Assembly (NCBI GenBank): GCA_038831135.1
Contig: JAWBKW010000002.1
Location: forward strand, 27,214 to 91,213
From: Sulfolobales archaeon
GTDB lineage: Archaea > Thermoproteota > Thermoprotei_A > Sulfolobales > NBVN01
Reading direction: 5' to 3'
DNA: 64,000 nucleotides
A program made the translations under genes and the position numbers. The notes under the pieces are model-generated. The model saw nothing but the letters and a program-made list of their open reading frames with translations, made no database searches and had not been told where the DNA came from. Positions 38,067-46,984 of this stretch are shown here, piece after piece; within the stretch, counting starts at the first letter, position 1; each line of letters begins with the position of its first letter.

Positions 38067-39084
38067 GTCGCTACATCGTCCGCAAACTCTTTCGTTTTTA
38101 AACGGCCTTACCCACGATCATTGTGGTGGACTGAAGATAGCGGTATGTAGTGAATGCGGTAGTGGCACTGCTACGGTATTTCAGAAACACAGTGGTAAGT
38201 TATTGTGTAGTAAGTGTTTCATAGAAGATTTAATACTTCGTGTATCTAATGAAGTTCGCAAATATGATATGTTTCGCCCTAACGATAGGTTACTACTCGC
38301 CGTTTCTGGTGGTAAGGACAGTTTCGTACTCCTAAATATTATTTCGAGGATGCACGAACCAAGTAGGTTAGGAGTTATTACGGTATCTGAAGGTATAGAA
38401 GGTTATAATAGGGATGAGGACGTTTATTGGGCTCTAAAGAGTAGTAAGGAATTAGGCGTAGATTATATTAAGACGTCGTTTAAGGAGGTAGTGGGCTATA
38501 GCCTTAACGATTTAGTAGATATGTCGCTCAGGTCGAATTTTAATGTAAGTCCGTGCACCTTCTGCGGTATGTTGAGGCGGAGAATAATTAATAAATTTGC
38601 CAGAGAATTAGGGTATGATAAAGTGTTAACGGCTCATAACTTAGATGATGAATCTCAAACAGCATTCATAAATATATTAAGGGGTGACCTAAGTAGGCTA
38701 CTTCAGTCACACCCCAGAGGTCCGAGATTAAGCGAACTATTCATTAGGAGGGTGAAGCCTCTTAGGAAAATCTATGAATGGGAATGCGCTCTATACGCGT
38801 ACTTAAACGGATTTAAATTTCAAGAAGTTGAGTGCCCGTACATAATTAACAGACCTACTCTGAGGGCTAAGGTAAGAGAGTACTTATATAGGTTAGAGAG
38901 TGTTAAGCCAGGGACCCTTCTAAAATTCCTAAACTTCGTAGATGGTTTAATGATTAAATACTTCGACTTCTCTAACACATTACCGAATCTTCCCTTATGT
39001 AGTATTTGCGGGGAACCTACAGCTTACGGAAGAACTATATGCAAGACCTGCGAATTACTTATTAAGGTGGGTATCATTTTATGA
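38005..39084 (+). CDS. tRNA 2-thiolation PP-loop ATPase (TtuA/NcsA/Ctu1-like)
   Basis: N-terminal zinc finger CSECG...CSKCF, PP-loop LLAVSGGKDS, and C-terminal CSICG...CKTCE. The ATG at 38005 overlaps the upstream gene by 62 nt. The homologous N-terminus begins near 38131-38146. Confidence 0.8.
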   Translation: MYLTYWTLEIISKFLAPSLYRSLHRPQTLSFLNGLTHDHCGGLKIAVCSECGSGTATVFQKHSGKLLCSKCFIEDLILRVSNEVRKYDMFRPNDRLLLAVSGGKDSFVLLNIISRMHEPSRLGVITVSEGIEGYNRDEDVYWALKSSKELGVDYIKTSFKEVVGYSLNDLVDMSLRSNFNVSPCTFCGMLRRRIINKFARELGYDKVLTAHNLDDESQTAFINILRGDLSRLLQSHPRGPRLSELFIRRVKPLRKIYEWECALYAYLNGFKFQEVECPYIINRPTLRAKVREYLYRLESVKPGTLLKFLNFVDGLMIKYFDFSNTLPNLPLCSICGEPTAYGRTICKTCELLIKVGIIL

Positions 39085-39668
39085 AGGTTGATAGGGAGTT
39101 ATGGATTAAGAGGAAGGAAATAATGTATAAGAGGTTGTTAGAAGATCTCCACATAGGTTACTTAGATGAGGATATATCGGATTTACTCATAAAGATCTTT
39201 GAGAGAGAGAACGCTTTTACTATCAGTTCATGTAGCGGTAGGATAATATTCGTTGATGCTCAACTGCCTTGGGTGAGAAAGACTTCTACGGTAATCTTTA
39301 AGAAGCATAAACCTATAACTATTGAGGAATATCTAGAGGCTCTCAATAAGCCTGTTCTATATAAATTATGGGTAATTGTTACAGGCCCCATACTCCACAT
39401 ATCAACAGCAACTTTAAAGGAAGCGCTTAAGTTAATCTCCGTAGGTAGGGCTGCAGGATTCAAACATAGCGGCATTATAAGTTTTAGGAGGGATGGAATA
39501 GTGTTAGAACTAAAGGGTGGTATAGGACTTACCTACATTATTAAGAGCGGTAATAAGCTATTAATAGACCTTAACAACGTAGCTGAGGTGGTAAACACCT
39601 GCAACAACGTCTTGATGAAGGGTAAGGAAAGGCTTAACCGTCTTATGGAGATGCTTAGTAAGCTCTAA
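39081..39668 (+). CDS. taw3: tRNA wyosine-derivative methyltransferase Taw3 (TYW3 homolog)
   Basis: 195 aa. TISSCSGRI motif and GFKHSGII. Confidence 0.7.
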   Translation: MKVDRELWIKRKEIMYKRLLEDLHIGYLDEDISDLLIKIFERENAFTISSCSGRIIFVDAQLPWVRKTSTVIFKKHKPITIEEYLEALNKPVLYKLWVIVTGPILHISTATLKEALKLISVGRAAGFKHSGIISFRRDGIVLELKGGIGLTYIIKSGNKLLIDLNNVAEVVNTCNNVLMKGKERLNRLMEMLSKL

Positions 39669-39698
39669 ACATATATGTCATGCCAGATGATGTCCTCT

Positions 39699-41516
39699 CT
39701 AGTCTTCAGATTCTTCAATAGGTGCCTCGTAGAAGTACTCACCTATGGATTTTTGGTACCTATCTAAGTAGCTATTAGGTTTATTTATTCTAGGCCTCCC
39801 AGTCCTCCGGTCTCTTCTGAAGGTTATCTCCAAATCCCTAAGGAAGGTGTTCATGCCACGTTTAAGGCTTGTTGGACTAGATGCCTTGCCTTGTACGCCG
39901 GGAGTACCGCTAAATACTATTATATTATCGGCTATATTATCTATTATTGTTAGGTCATGATCTACGACGAAAGCCACAGCCTTCCTAACCTCTACTACCT
40001 TCTTAATCGCCTTACATATAGTTAATCTCTCCTCAACGTCTATGAAGGCTGAAGGCTCATCTAGAAGGTAGATATCTGCATCCTTAGCCAAAGCAGCAGC
40101 TATGGCGAATTTCTGTAACTCACCGCCACTTAATTCGTTAATACCTCTTAGATAAAGTTTATGTAGGTTCAACCTCTTAATAACGTCATTTTGGAACCAG
40201 TCACTACATGCTAGTTGTGAGGATTTGCAGAGTTCTTTAAAAGCTTCTTCAACATTACTCCATTCAAAAAGTTCTGTCTTAACGTACTGGGGTTTATGGC
40301 TTATCCTGAGGTTGTTCATCGTTAAGTAACCCTCATCAGGTTCAATCTCCCCAGCAAGTAATTTTATGAAAGTTGTTTTACCTATAGCATTAGGTCCAAC
40401 TATGCCTAAAACCTCCCCCTTACTGACGTTGCCTTCCTCCACATTTAACTCAAATCCGTTTAATAATTTCCTCAACTTTGGCCATTTAATGAATTCTTCC
40501 TCAGGTCTTTCACTAACTCCCACCCCGAATTTGTTGAATGTTATTGGTTCTGGTCGTATTCTCATATTCTCTGATGGGAGATAACCTGTTAAGAAGTTAT
40601 TAACTCCAGACCCTACGGAGTAAACCTTAGAAAATATACCGAAGACTCCAGGCTCACCGTAAACTATTGATACGTAATCGGATACGTAATCAAGTATGGT
40701 TAGATCATGTTCAACAACGATTACGTATTTATTCTTAATGATCTCCCTAATAGCTCTAGATATTCTTAATCTCTCGTAGATGTCTAAATAGCTTGAAGGT
40801 TCATCAAAGAAAAAGACGTCAGCATCTCGTAATAACGCTGCGGCTATGGCGAATTTCTGTAACTCACCGCCACTCAGGGTGGATACATTATTATTCCAAC
40901 AACTATCTAAGTTTATATACTTACGTACTTCTTGCGCCACACCCTTTTCATCAATTCTATTTATGACGTCTTTTACGACACCCTTCACATACTTTCTAAT
41001 TATATCTACATGTTGAATTTTATGAACAACTCGTAGTTCCTTATTAACTAACTTACTTAAGTATTGGTACATTTCACTTCCTCTATAAAATTTGAGGGCA
41101 GAATCCCACGATGGTGGAGAATCTAAATTACCTAAATTAGGTATAACTTCTCCTGAAAGTATTTTAATAGCTGTAGTTTTACCTATACCGTTCTTTCCAA
41201 CAATACCTAAGACTTTACCACTTATTGGTGTTGGGAGTCCGTAAAGCTTGAAGGAATTAACACCATATCTATGAACAAGCTTCTTCTCAAACTCGTCAGG
41301 TAGATTAGTGACCGTTATAGCAGTGTATGGGCATTTCCTAACACATATGCCGCAACCCACACATACTAGTTCATAGATAACTGGTTTACCTTCCTTAGAC
41401 TGAGAGAGTTCTATAGCTTTAGAACCAGATCTGTTTATAGGGCAAAACCTAACGCACTCTAAGTTGCATTTATCAGGTCTACACAGGTCGTAGTCTATTA
41501 CTGCAATCCTAACCAT
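39699..41516 (-). CDS. ABCE1 / RNase L inhibitor ribosome-recycling ATPase
   Basis: 605 aa. N-terminal double 4Fe-4S domain (CRPDKCNLECVRFCP, CVGCGICVRKCP) and two ABC cassettes (GKNGIGKTT, GPNAIGKTT, and LSGGELQ twice). Confidence 0.95.
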   Translation of the reverse strand: MVRIAVIDYDLCRPDKCNLECVRFCPINRSGSKAIELSQSKEGKPVIYELVCVGCGICVRKCPYTAITVTNLPDEFEKKLVHRYGVNSFKLYGLPTPISGKVLGIVGKNGIGKTTAIKILSGEVIPNLGNLDSPPSWDSALKFYRGSEMYQYLSKLVNKELRVVHKIQHVDIIRKYVKGVVKDVINRIDEKGVAQEVRKYINLDSCWNNNVSTLSGGELQKFAIAAALLRDADVFFFDEPSSYLDIYERLRISRAIREIIKNKYVIVVEHDLTILDYVSDYVSIVYGEPGVFGIFSKVYSVGSGVNNFLTGYLPSENMRIRPEPITFNKFGVGVSERPEEEFIKWPKLRKLLNGFELNVEEGNVSKGEVLGIVGPNAIGKTTFIKLLAGEIEPDEGYLTMNNLRISHKPQYVKTELFEWSNVEEAFKELCKSSQLACSDWFQNDVIKRLNLHKLYLRGINELSGGELQKFAIAAALAKDADIYLLDEPSAFIDVEERLTICKAIKKVVEVRKAVAFVVDHDLTIIDNIADNIIVFSGTPGVQGKASSPTSLKRGMNTFLRDLEITFRRDRRTGRPRINKPNSYLDRYQKSIGEYFYEAPIEESED

Positions 41517-41566
41517 TGCTACCTCCGTAACAACTTATAAGCATTCCTACTAAATATAGTTAGTAG

Positions 41567-41620
41567 ATGATGAATGGTGACGGCTTGGACCTTAGATGGC
41601 ATTAAATAAATCACCACTGA
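41567..41620 (+). ncRNA. possible C/D box sRNA (weak internal boxes)
   Basis: C ATGATGA, 12-nt atggtgacggct, D' TGGA, degenerate C' region ccttagatggcat, then D CTGA. 54 nt in total. Confidence 0.3.
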
Positions 41621-41694
41621 CCGACTATTATTTCTCTTTTTAGAATATGGGTAATTTAAATACTTTAATAAAAAGAACCTAAGGTTTCACTTAC

Positions 41695-41781
41695 CTACCA
41701 CTCTTCTTCCTCCCACTCTTCCTCTTCTTCCTCCCACCACTCTTCCTCCTCTTCTTCCTCCCACCACTCCTCTTCAAACAT
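41695..41781 (-). repeat. purine-rich (GAR/TGG) tandem repeat that is also a 28-aa Glu/Trp micro-ORF
   Basis: The minus strand reads ATG TTT (GAR)n TGG TGG ... TAG, giving MFEEEWWEEEEEEEWWEEEEEEWEEEEW. About three imperfect units of 24-30 nt. A TATA-like ttatatattt lies about 30-38 nt upstream and a T-tract follows the stop. Confidence 0.5.
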
Positions 41782-41983
41782 TTAAATCACTCACACCTAA
41801 CTACAAACTCAAATATATAAGTTTTTACTAAGTGGGGATCTGTGTTGACCAACGCTTCACACCTTTAGAAGTGGTACACGAATTATAATACTTATTGTAG
41901 GTCTCCGAACCTAGTCCACCAACTCTAACTTATAAGGTATATAAACCACACCAACGAATGTTATCAGGTAATACTAAAGGTGC

Positions 41984-42157
41984 ATGCCTATGCCTGTCAC
42001 GGACCCGTTCAAGAGTAAGATAGTTGAGGAGAGGTTGCTAAATAAGTCTATCTGTAGAAGATGTGGTGCTAGAAATCCGCCGGGAGCTGTCAAATGCCGT
42101 AGATGTAAAAGTAGGAATTTAAGACCTAAGAAGAGATTCGGAGGTAAGAAGAGTTAG
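41984..42157 (+). CDS. rpl40e: ribosomal protein L40e (eL40)
   Basis: Not in the ORF track; hand-translated to [57 protein letters not shown]. The CRRCG...CRRC zinc ribbon is typical of L40e. The start may be 41990. Confidence 0.8.
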   Translation: MPMPVTDPFKSKIVEERLLNKSICRRCGARNPPGAVKCRRCKSRNLRPKKRFGGKKS

Positions 42158-42219
42158 TAAGCTTGTTTCCTGTTTTAAGTTATCCTTAATTTAGTAGGCT
42201 CGATATCTTATCATTAAGA

Positions 42220-42840
42220 TCATACTTTAAGACCTGCATTTCTAAGCCTACTTAATAGTAATTTTTCCTCTTCAGGGAATTCATTCCTAATTCTCTCTTT
42301 AATGAAGTTTATATCTAGCTTTAGTTTCCCAACCTTAACTAAGTCAGCCACCACACTTAGATCCTCTAAGTCATGATCCCTACCTGCCCTCGCCTTCAGA
42401 GCCACATAATCCTCAATACTTATACATCTAACCCTAATATCCATCAGTTTAGCCTCCTTAGCCGATTTTATGATGTTTTCAGGTATGTAGAGATCTAAAA
42501 CGTTTTCATGAAGCTCTATAATCACCTCATTATTGTTGAAGATGCAGTACAATGCAGGAGTCCCCCACTCATTTTGAGATAACTCACAACCGAGTTTAGC
42601 GCTAATGCTTCTAACTAAGTCTTCATCAGCATATGGGCTGAAATTAGTCACAAAAACATCTACATCGTCCTCGAACTCGTCAACACCTAAATGGAGTAAT
42701 AAAACAGTACTACCGATTAAAACACCATCAACACCTAAGTCCTTCAACCTAAGAAGTACGTTCCTTAAGACACCCTTATCATACCCCAAATAATTATCCC
42801 CAACACCTAAATGATGTGAGGGATTATAAGCTGCGATCAA
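42220..42840 (-). CDS. predicted nucleotidyltransferase-fold protein
   Basis: 206 aa. The GS...DxD pattern (VLIGSTVLLLHLGVDEFEDDVDVFV) is typical of minimal NTases. The family is not resolved. Confidence 0.45.
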   Translation of the reverse strand: MIAAYNPSHHLGVGDNYLGYDKGVLRNVLLRLKDLGVDGVLIGSTVLLLHLGVDEFEDDVDVFVTNFSPYADEDLVRSISAKLGCELSQNEWGTPALYCIFNNNEVIIELHENVLDLYIPENIIKSAKEAKLMDIRVRCISIEDYVALKARAGRDHDLEDLSVVADLVKVGKLKLDINFIKERIRNEFPEEEKLLLSRLRNAGLKV

Positions 42841-42888
42841 ATTAAAGGCTTAAAAGATTTAAAATCTTAGAAACTCTTACATCTTAGA

Positions 42889-42978
42889 GCCGGGGTGGCC
42901 GAGCGGCCTAAGGCGGCGGGCTGCAGTGATCGTTAGAAACCCGTTAATTCGCGGGTTCGAATCCCGCCCCCGGCTCCA
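42889..42978 (+). tRNA. tRNA-Cys (GCA) with 12-nt canonical (37/38) intron, CCA encoded
   Basis: Acceptor GCCGGGG/CCCCGGC, discriminator T (the Cys identity element), anticodon stem GCGGG/CCCGT. The loop is CTGCAG[tgatcgttagaa]A. T-arm GCGGGTTCGAATCCCGC. Confidence 0.8.
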
Positions 42979-43095
42979 TACTTTATTTCATAGAATTATC
43001 AGATCAGTGCTTCAAGAACTCTTCTTTATGGGTTAGGTAATACAGAATATAGATATAAAGCAGGTCTTAGGTCTCTTTTAACAAATTTATTTGAT

Positions 43096-43347
43096 TTAAG
43101 GCATTAACACAGCTATTGCTATTAATGTAAATCCAATCACAGCCAAAGCTATGGTAAACTCTTTAACCTTCAAATTAACTAACCACCTACCCAACGATAT
43201 GATGCCCTTACCCACATATATGAAAGCAACGAACCCGACGAGGATAAAGCCTATAATCGCTAGAACTTCGGAACCTGCATTTATTGCAGTAACCCAATTA
43301 AATAAACTAGCGATCTTTGAAAGTACTTCAATCCCCATCATTAACAC
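43096..43347 (-). CDS. small membrane protein (83 aa, 2-3 TM)
   Basis: Hydrophobic ORF only. Confidence 0.4.
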   Translation of the reverse strand: MLMMGIEVLSKIASLFNWVTAINAGSEVLAIIGFILVGFVAFIYVGKGIISLGRWLVNLKVKEFTIALAVIGFTLIAIAVLMP

Positions 43348-43456
43348 CGAAGTTTTAGTTAGTTCTTCATATATTTAAAAGAATGTAGCCTAAACATAGT
43401 CTGCAGTAATGATTAACATTAATTATTATAACGTCTTTATCTTTAAGGCGATCTCT

Positions 43457-43930
43457 CTAACTCCTTGAGCCTCTTACCTTCCTAGCACTTAAGTCAGCCT
43501 CAGCATCTATAGAACTTGTCTTACTCTTTAACTCGTCGACACTAGCTAATAATGTTTTTAACTCATCGTTGCTTAATCCATGCTTTTCTAAGAACTCTAT
43601 ACCATTGCTAGTCAATTTCAGTTTTCTACTAACGGCATCAGTCTCTACTAAACCTAGGTAGAGTAGTACGTTAATGTCATCTCTTAACTGCTTACTGCAA
43701 GGGACTCCACCAATGTTTATGAAGTTATACTTAAGTTGTACCTTCGCTTCATTCTGAAGAAGGTGTATTAGATGTGTGAGAGCTTTTTCAGATACACTGT
43801 TTAAATGTTTTATAATATGCAGAAGCTTTAATTTGGTTGCATCACTCTTAACACTATCTATAGTTACTACAGGTCTTGTAACTATCTTAAGTTCTTTAGA
43901 CTGTTTCTGCGGTTGGCTCAGTAGAGTCAC
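43457..43930 (-). CDS. hypothetical protein, possible winged-helix regulator
   Basis: 157 aa. Divergent from the pilus-like operon. Helical wHTH-like segments (LKLLHIIKHLNSVSEKALTHLIHLL). Weak call. Confidence 0.35.
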   Translation of the reverse strand: MTLLSQPQKQSKELKIVTRPVVTIDSVKSDATKLKLLHIIKHLNSVSEKALTHLIHLLQNEAKVQLKYNFINIGGVPCSKQLRDDINVLLYLGLVETDAVSRKLKLTSNGIEFLEKHGLSNDELKTLLASVDELKSKTSSIDAEADLSARKVRGSRS

Positions 43931-43990
43931 CCCATAACTACTAGGTAGAAGGATATTAAGCTTTAATTTAGAAATTGGAGTAGGTAATTA

Positions 43991-44305
43991 ATGAATAACG
44001 TTTATTTTTGCGGAGTCGTATTATTTTGGAGGGTAACTGTGGACTTTGATTATTATAAATTTAAAGAAATTTTAAGCACACTTACTAAGGAGGAATATAC
44101 TGTTCTTAATTACTTCATAAGATACCGCTCCGTCGGTGAGTTAATAGCGTTAAAGGAGTTAAAGGCGTTATACGGTATTCAAGAACCTTCTAAGGTCGTT
44201 AATAAGTTAATGTATAAGGGATTAGTAGAAAGGGGGGTTGGATGTTATAATGCCTCTCCCAATTTATTGAAAGTTCTTAAGGAACATAAGACTACTTTAA
44301 AGTGA
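43991..44305 (+). CDS. small winged-helix (MarR/TrmB-like) protein
   Basis: 104 aa. [51 protein letters not shown]. Confidence 0.4.
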   Translation: MNNVYFCGVVLFWRVTVDFDYYKFKEILSTLTKEEYTVLNYFIRYRSVGELIALKELKALYGIQEPSKVVNKLMYKGLVERGVGCYNASPNLLKVLKEHKTTLK

Positions 44306-44329
44306 AGTACCTTAATTTGACTTTAATAG

Positions 44330-44920
44330 GTGTTTAATATGATGGTGGACCCTTTAACAGCTATGTTACGACAACTACCGAAGTCAGCATTAATAGTAAT
44401 CATAGGAAATCCTTATACGTATTCATTTCATATCGGTTTAGAATTAATTAAGAGGGCATACCTAAACTTTAGGTGGTATTTATTCATTAACGACGTTACG
44501 CAAAGATATGCTGAAATTATAAGACAATATGGAATTATTAAGAGTGACATAAACTTCATAAATGATTTATGTAGAGGTGCAATCACTTTAGATAATGTGT
44601 TGAGAGTTGACGGTAATTTAGCTTATGTAGTCATTAATAGTGACTCATCATGCATTGATGATTATAATAAGGTTTTATCGAAAAGGGATCCATCAGTAGA
44701 GTCTACAGTAGTAATTCAAATTGATGAAGCATATTATAAGTCTATAGCGTACTTAGCAGATTTGATAATTAAGTTAGGAATAGTTGAAGATGCTTACTCA
44801 TTTAAGACTATATCTAGATTAGCAAAACTAACTTTAGTGAGAGGAGGTGCTACGGAATTATCAGTAAGTTACTCAATAATGCCTAATGAGGTACTCTTCA
44901 AGGAATTTACTAGGATTTAA
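44330..44920 (+). CDS. KaiC/RecA-superfamily (FlaH-like) protein with degenerate Walker A
   Basis: 196 aa. It has ALIVIIGNPYTYSFHIGLELIKRA where GxxGxGK[ST] is expected. The C-terminal LAKLTLVRGGATELSVSYSI resembles the KaiC/RadA-like end. Confidence 0.45.
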   Translation: MFNMMVDPLTAMLRQLPKSALIVIIGNPYTYSFHIGLELIKRAYLNFRWYLFINDVTQRYAEIIRQYGIIKSDINFINDLCRGAITLDNVLRVDGNLAYVVINSDSSCIDDYNKVLSKRDPSVESTVVIQIDEAYYKSIAYLADLIIKLGIVEDAYSFKTISRLAKLTLVRGGATELSVSYSIMPNEVLFKEFTRI

Positions 44921-44968
44921 GAGGAATGATAGAACAATTAAGATTATATTGTTCGAATATATTAGTCT

Positions 44969-45388
44969 TTGGTGTATTTAGTGAGGGGGGTCTCACCTCT
45001 AGTTGCAACAGTTTTATTAATACTCATCTCTATAGCTACCTCAGTGATCCTCTGGACCTGGGTATCATCAATGGTTTCTCAAACATCCTCTGAAGTACCG
45101 TTCTTGACGGAAAGGATAAAGATTGAGGCCGTCAGTGTGAGTGAGAACATTGTAAGAATATTTGTTAGGAATTTAGTAGATAATGAGGTTAAAATAGGTT
45201 CGTCCTACATCATCAATGGTTCTTCAGGCCTAACTATAGCACAAAACTTGAATAGCTTCCGCATTAACGGTGGTAGCGTTGTCGAGATAGATATCGAGTT
45301 AAAGACCATACTACCTAAGGGGGTTTACATAGCTAAAGTAACAACTATTAAGGGGTATGAGGCTTCATACGTATTTGCAGTGACTTAA
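44969..45388 (+). CDS. archaeal type IV pilin-like protein (class III signal peptide)
   Basis: 139 aa. VRG|VSPLVATVLLILISIATSVILW is the prepilin-peptidase motif and hydrophobic helix, followed by a beta-rich globular part. TTG/GTG start. Confidence 0.7.
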   Translation: MVYLVRGVSPLVATVLLILISIATSVILWTWVSSMVSQTSSEVPFLTERIKIEAVSVSENIVRIFVRNLVDNEVKIGSSYIINGSSGLTIAQNLNSFRINGGSVVEIDIELKTILPKGVYIAKVTTIKGYEASYVFAVT

Positions 45389-45397
45389 GGGAGTCCG

Positions 45398-46984
45398 ATG
45401 TTCAGCCTACTTAGAAAAAGGTTTAAAGATATTGATGTTCCTTCATCTAGTGAGGGTCAGTCCCAAAACGTTATTAGTGAATCCTCAATAACAAACATAA
45501 TTGATTTCTATCCTTTAATGGAAAACTACTCGTATGCCTTAATATATATGGATACTTCTGGACAGAAAGTGTATAACATCATAGAACCTACCTTAACCAA
45601 TTACGAGGTCTTCCTAACGGATTTAATCAAAAAGAGAATATTTGAAAGAGGAGCTATTGCCAAGAAGTTAAGGGAAGTTACGGACGTTAAATTAGGCTTA
45701 GGGTTCATCAAGGAAATTATTAGGGACGGTTCTTTAGGAATTAAAGCTAAAGGAGCTAATGAGGCATCATTAGATAAGATCTCATATTATGTTGCTAGGG
45801 ATTTAATAGGTTACTCGATATTGGACCCGTTGATAAGGGATATAAGGCTTGAAGACATAGTCTGTAGCGGTATTAACTTACCAATATATGTTTTCCATAA
45901 CGTATATGAATGGTTGAGGACCAACATAATATTCAATGATTTAAAGTCGTTAGAGTTAATAATTAATCGTCTAGCATTTAGGGCAGGTGTAGAAATTAGT
46001 ATTGCTAAACCAATAGTTGAAGGTATGTTACTGCCTGAAGGTTATAGGGTACATATAGTTGTTGATATAGTTTCTAGAAGGGGCTCTACCTTCACTATAA
46101 GAAAGTTTAAGACGGAGCCCTTCACATTACCTCAGCTTATTAATCTAGGTACCTTAGACCCTCTCGTTGCTGCCTATCTATGGATCTTAGTAGAGAATCT
46201 GCAGAGCGCCCTCATATTAGGGCCAACAGCTTCAGGTAAGACAACCCTCCTTAACGCTATATCACTTCTAATACCTCCAGAGATTAAGGTAGTTACTGTA
46301 GAGGAGAGTCCGGAACTGAATTTAATGGGGCATGAGAATTGGGTCTCACTAGTTACTAGATTAAGTTCTGAGTCAGGTGTTGCGAACGTAACTTTATATG
46401 AGTTGTTGAAAAGTGCTTTACGACAAAGACCTGACGTTATAGTGGTTGGTGAGATTAGGGGTGAGGAAGCATATACCTTCTTCCAGGCTGTTAGTTTAGG
46501 TCATGGTGGTTTAGCAACTATTCACGCAGAGAATACTGAGTCAGTTATACAGCGCCTCCTAGCTGAACCTTTCAATATACCCAAAAGTCTTCTACATTTG
46601 GTTAAGGTGTATATATGTTTAGGGAGGGTTCAAATAAGTGAGGGGGTAGTAAGTAGGAAGGTCTTAGAAATACGAGAAATAGAGGGGATAGACCCTAGGA
46701 CCGGTGAGTTAATAGTTGGGACACCCTTTAAATGGAATCGGGATAAGGACTTAATGCAGTTTTCAGGTTATAGTCACTTGATTAAGTTGATAGCGGATAA
46801 GAAGCAAGTCGATTATTATGAGGTATTTGATGACCTACTTAAAAGGGCTACTATTATGAAGTGGGCCGCTAAGCGTAAAGCTGGTGCTAGAGAATTACAG
46901 AGCATTATTAGGGGATTTAGGAGTAACTGGTTAACTATCTACTCAATAGCTGAGTCTGAGGTAGGAGCTTACGTTGTTTCTTAA
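45398..46984 (+). CDS. type IV pilus/archaellum-type secretion ATPase (FlaI/TadA/VirB11 superfamily)
   Basis: 528 aa. Walker A GPTASGKTTLLNA, Walker B PDVIVVGEIRGEEA and His box GHGGLATIHA. Confidence 0.85.
   Translation: MFSLLRKRFKDIDVPSSSEGQSQNVISESSITNIIDFYPLMENYSYALIYMDTSGQKVYNIIEPTLTNYEVFLTDLIKKRIFERGAIAKKLREVTDVKLGLGFIKEIIRDGSLGIKAKGANEASLDKISYYVARDLIGYSILDPLIRDIRLEDIVCSGINLPIYVFHNVYEWLRTNIIFNDLKSLELIINRLAFRAGVEISIAKPIVEGMLLPEGYRVHIVVDIVSRRGSTFTIRKFKTEPFTLPQLINLGTLDPLVAAYLWILVENLQSALILGPTASGKTTLLNAISLLIPPEIKVVTVEESPELNLMGHENWVSLVTRLSSESGVANVTLYELLKSALRQRPDVIVVGEIRGEEAYTFFQAVSLGHGGLATIHAENTESVIQRLLAEPFNIPKSLLHLVKVYICLGRVQISEGVVSRKVLEIREIEGIDPRTGELIVGTPFKWNRDKDLMQFSGYSHLIKLIADKKQVDYYEVFDDLLKRATIMKWAAKRKAGARELQSIIRGFRSNWLTIYSIAESEVGAYVVS

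Noticed and set aside
40099-40874. A 32-nt sequence, gctatggcgaatttctgtaactcaccgccact, occurs identically twice (40099-40130 and 40843-40874).
   Set aside because: Both copies lie inside ABCE1 and encode the SGGELQKFAIA signature region of its two ABC cassettes. This is an internal domain duplication, perhaps homogenised by gene conversion, and not a mobile element or regulatory repeat.
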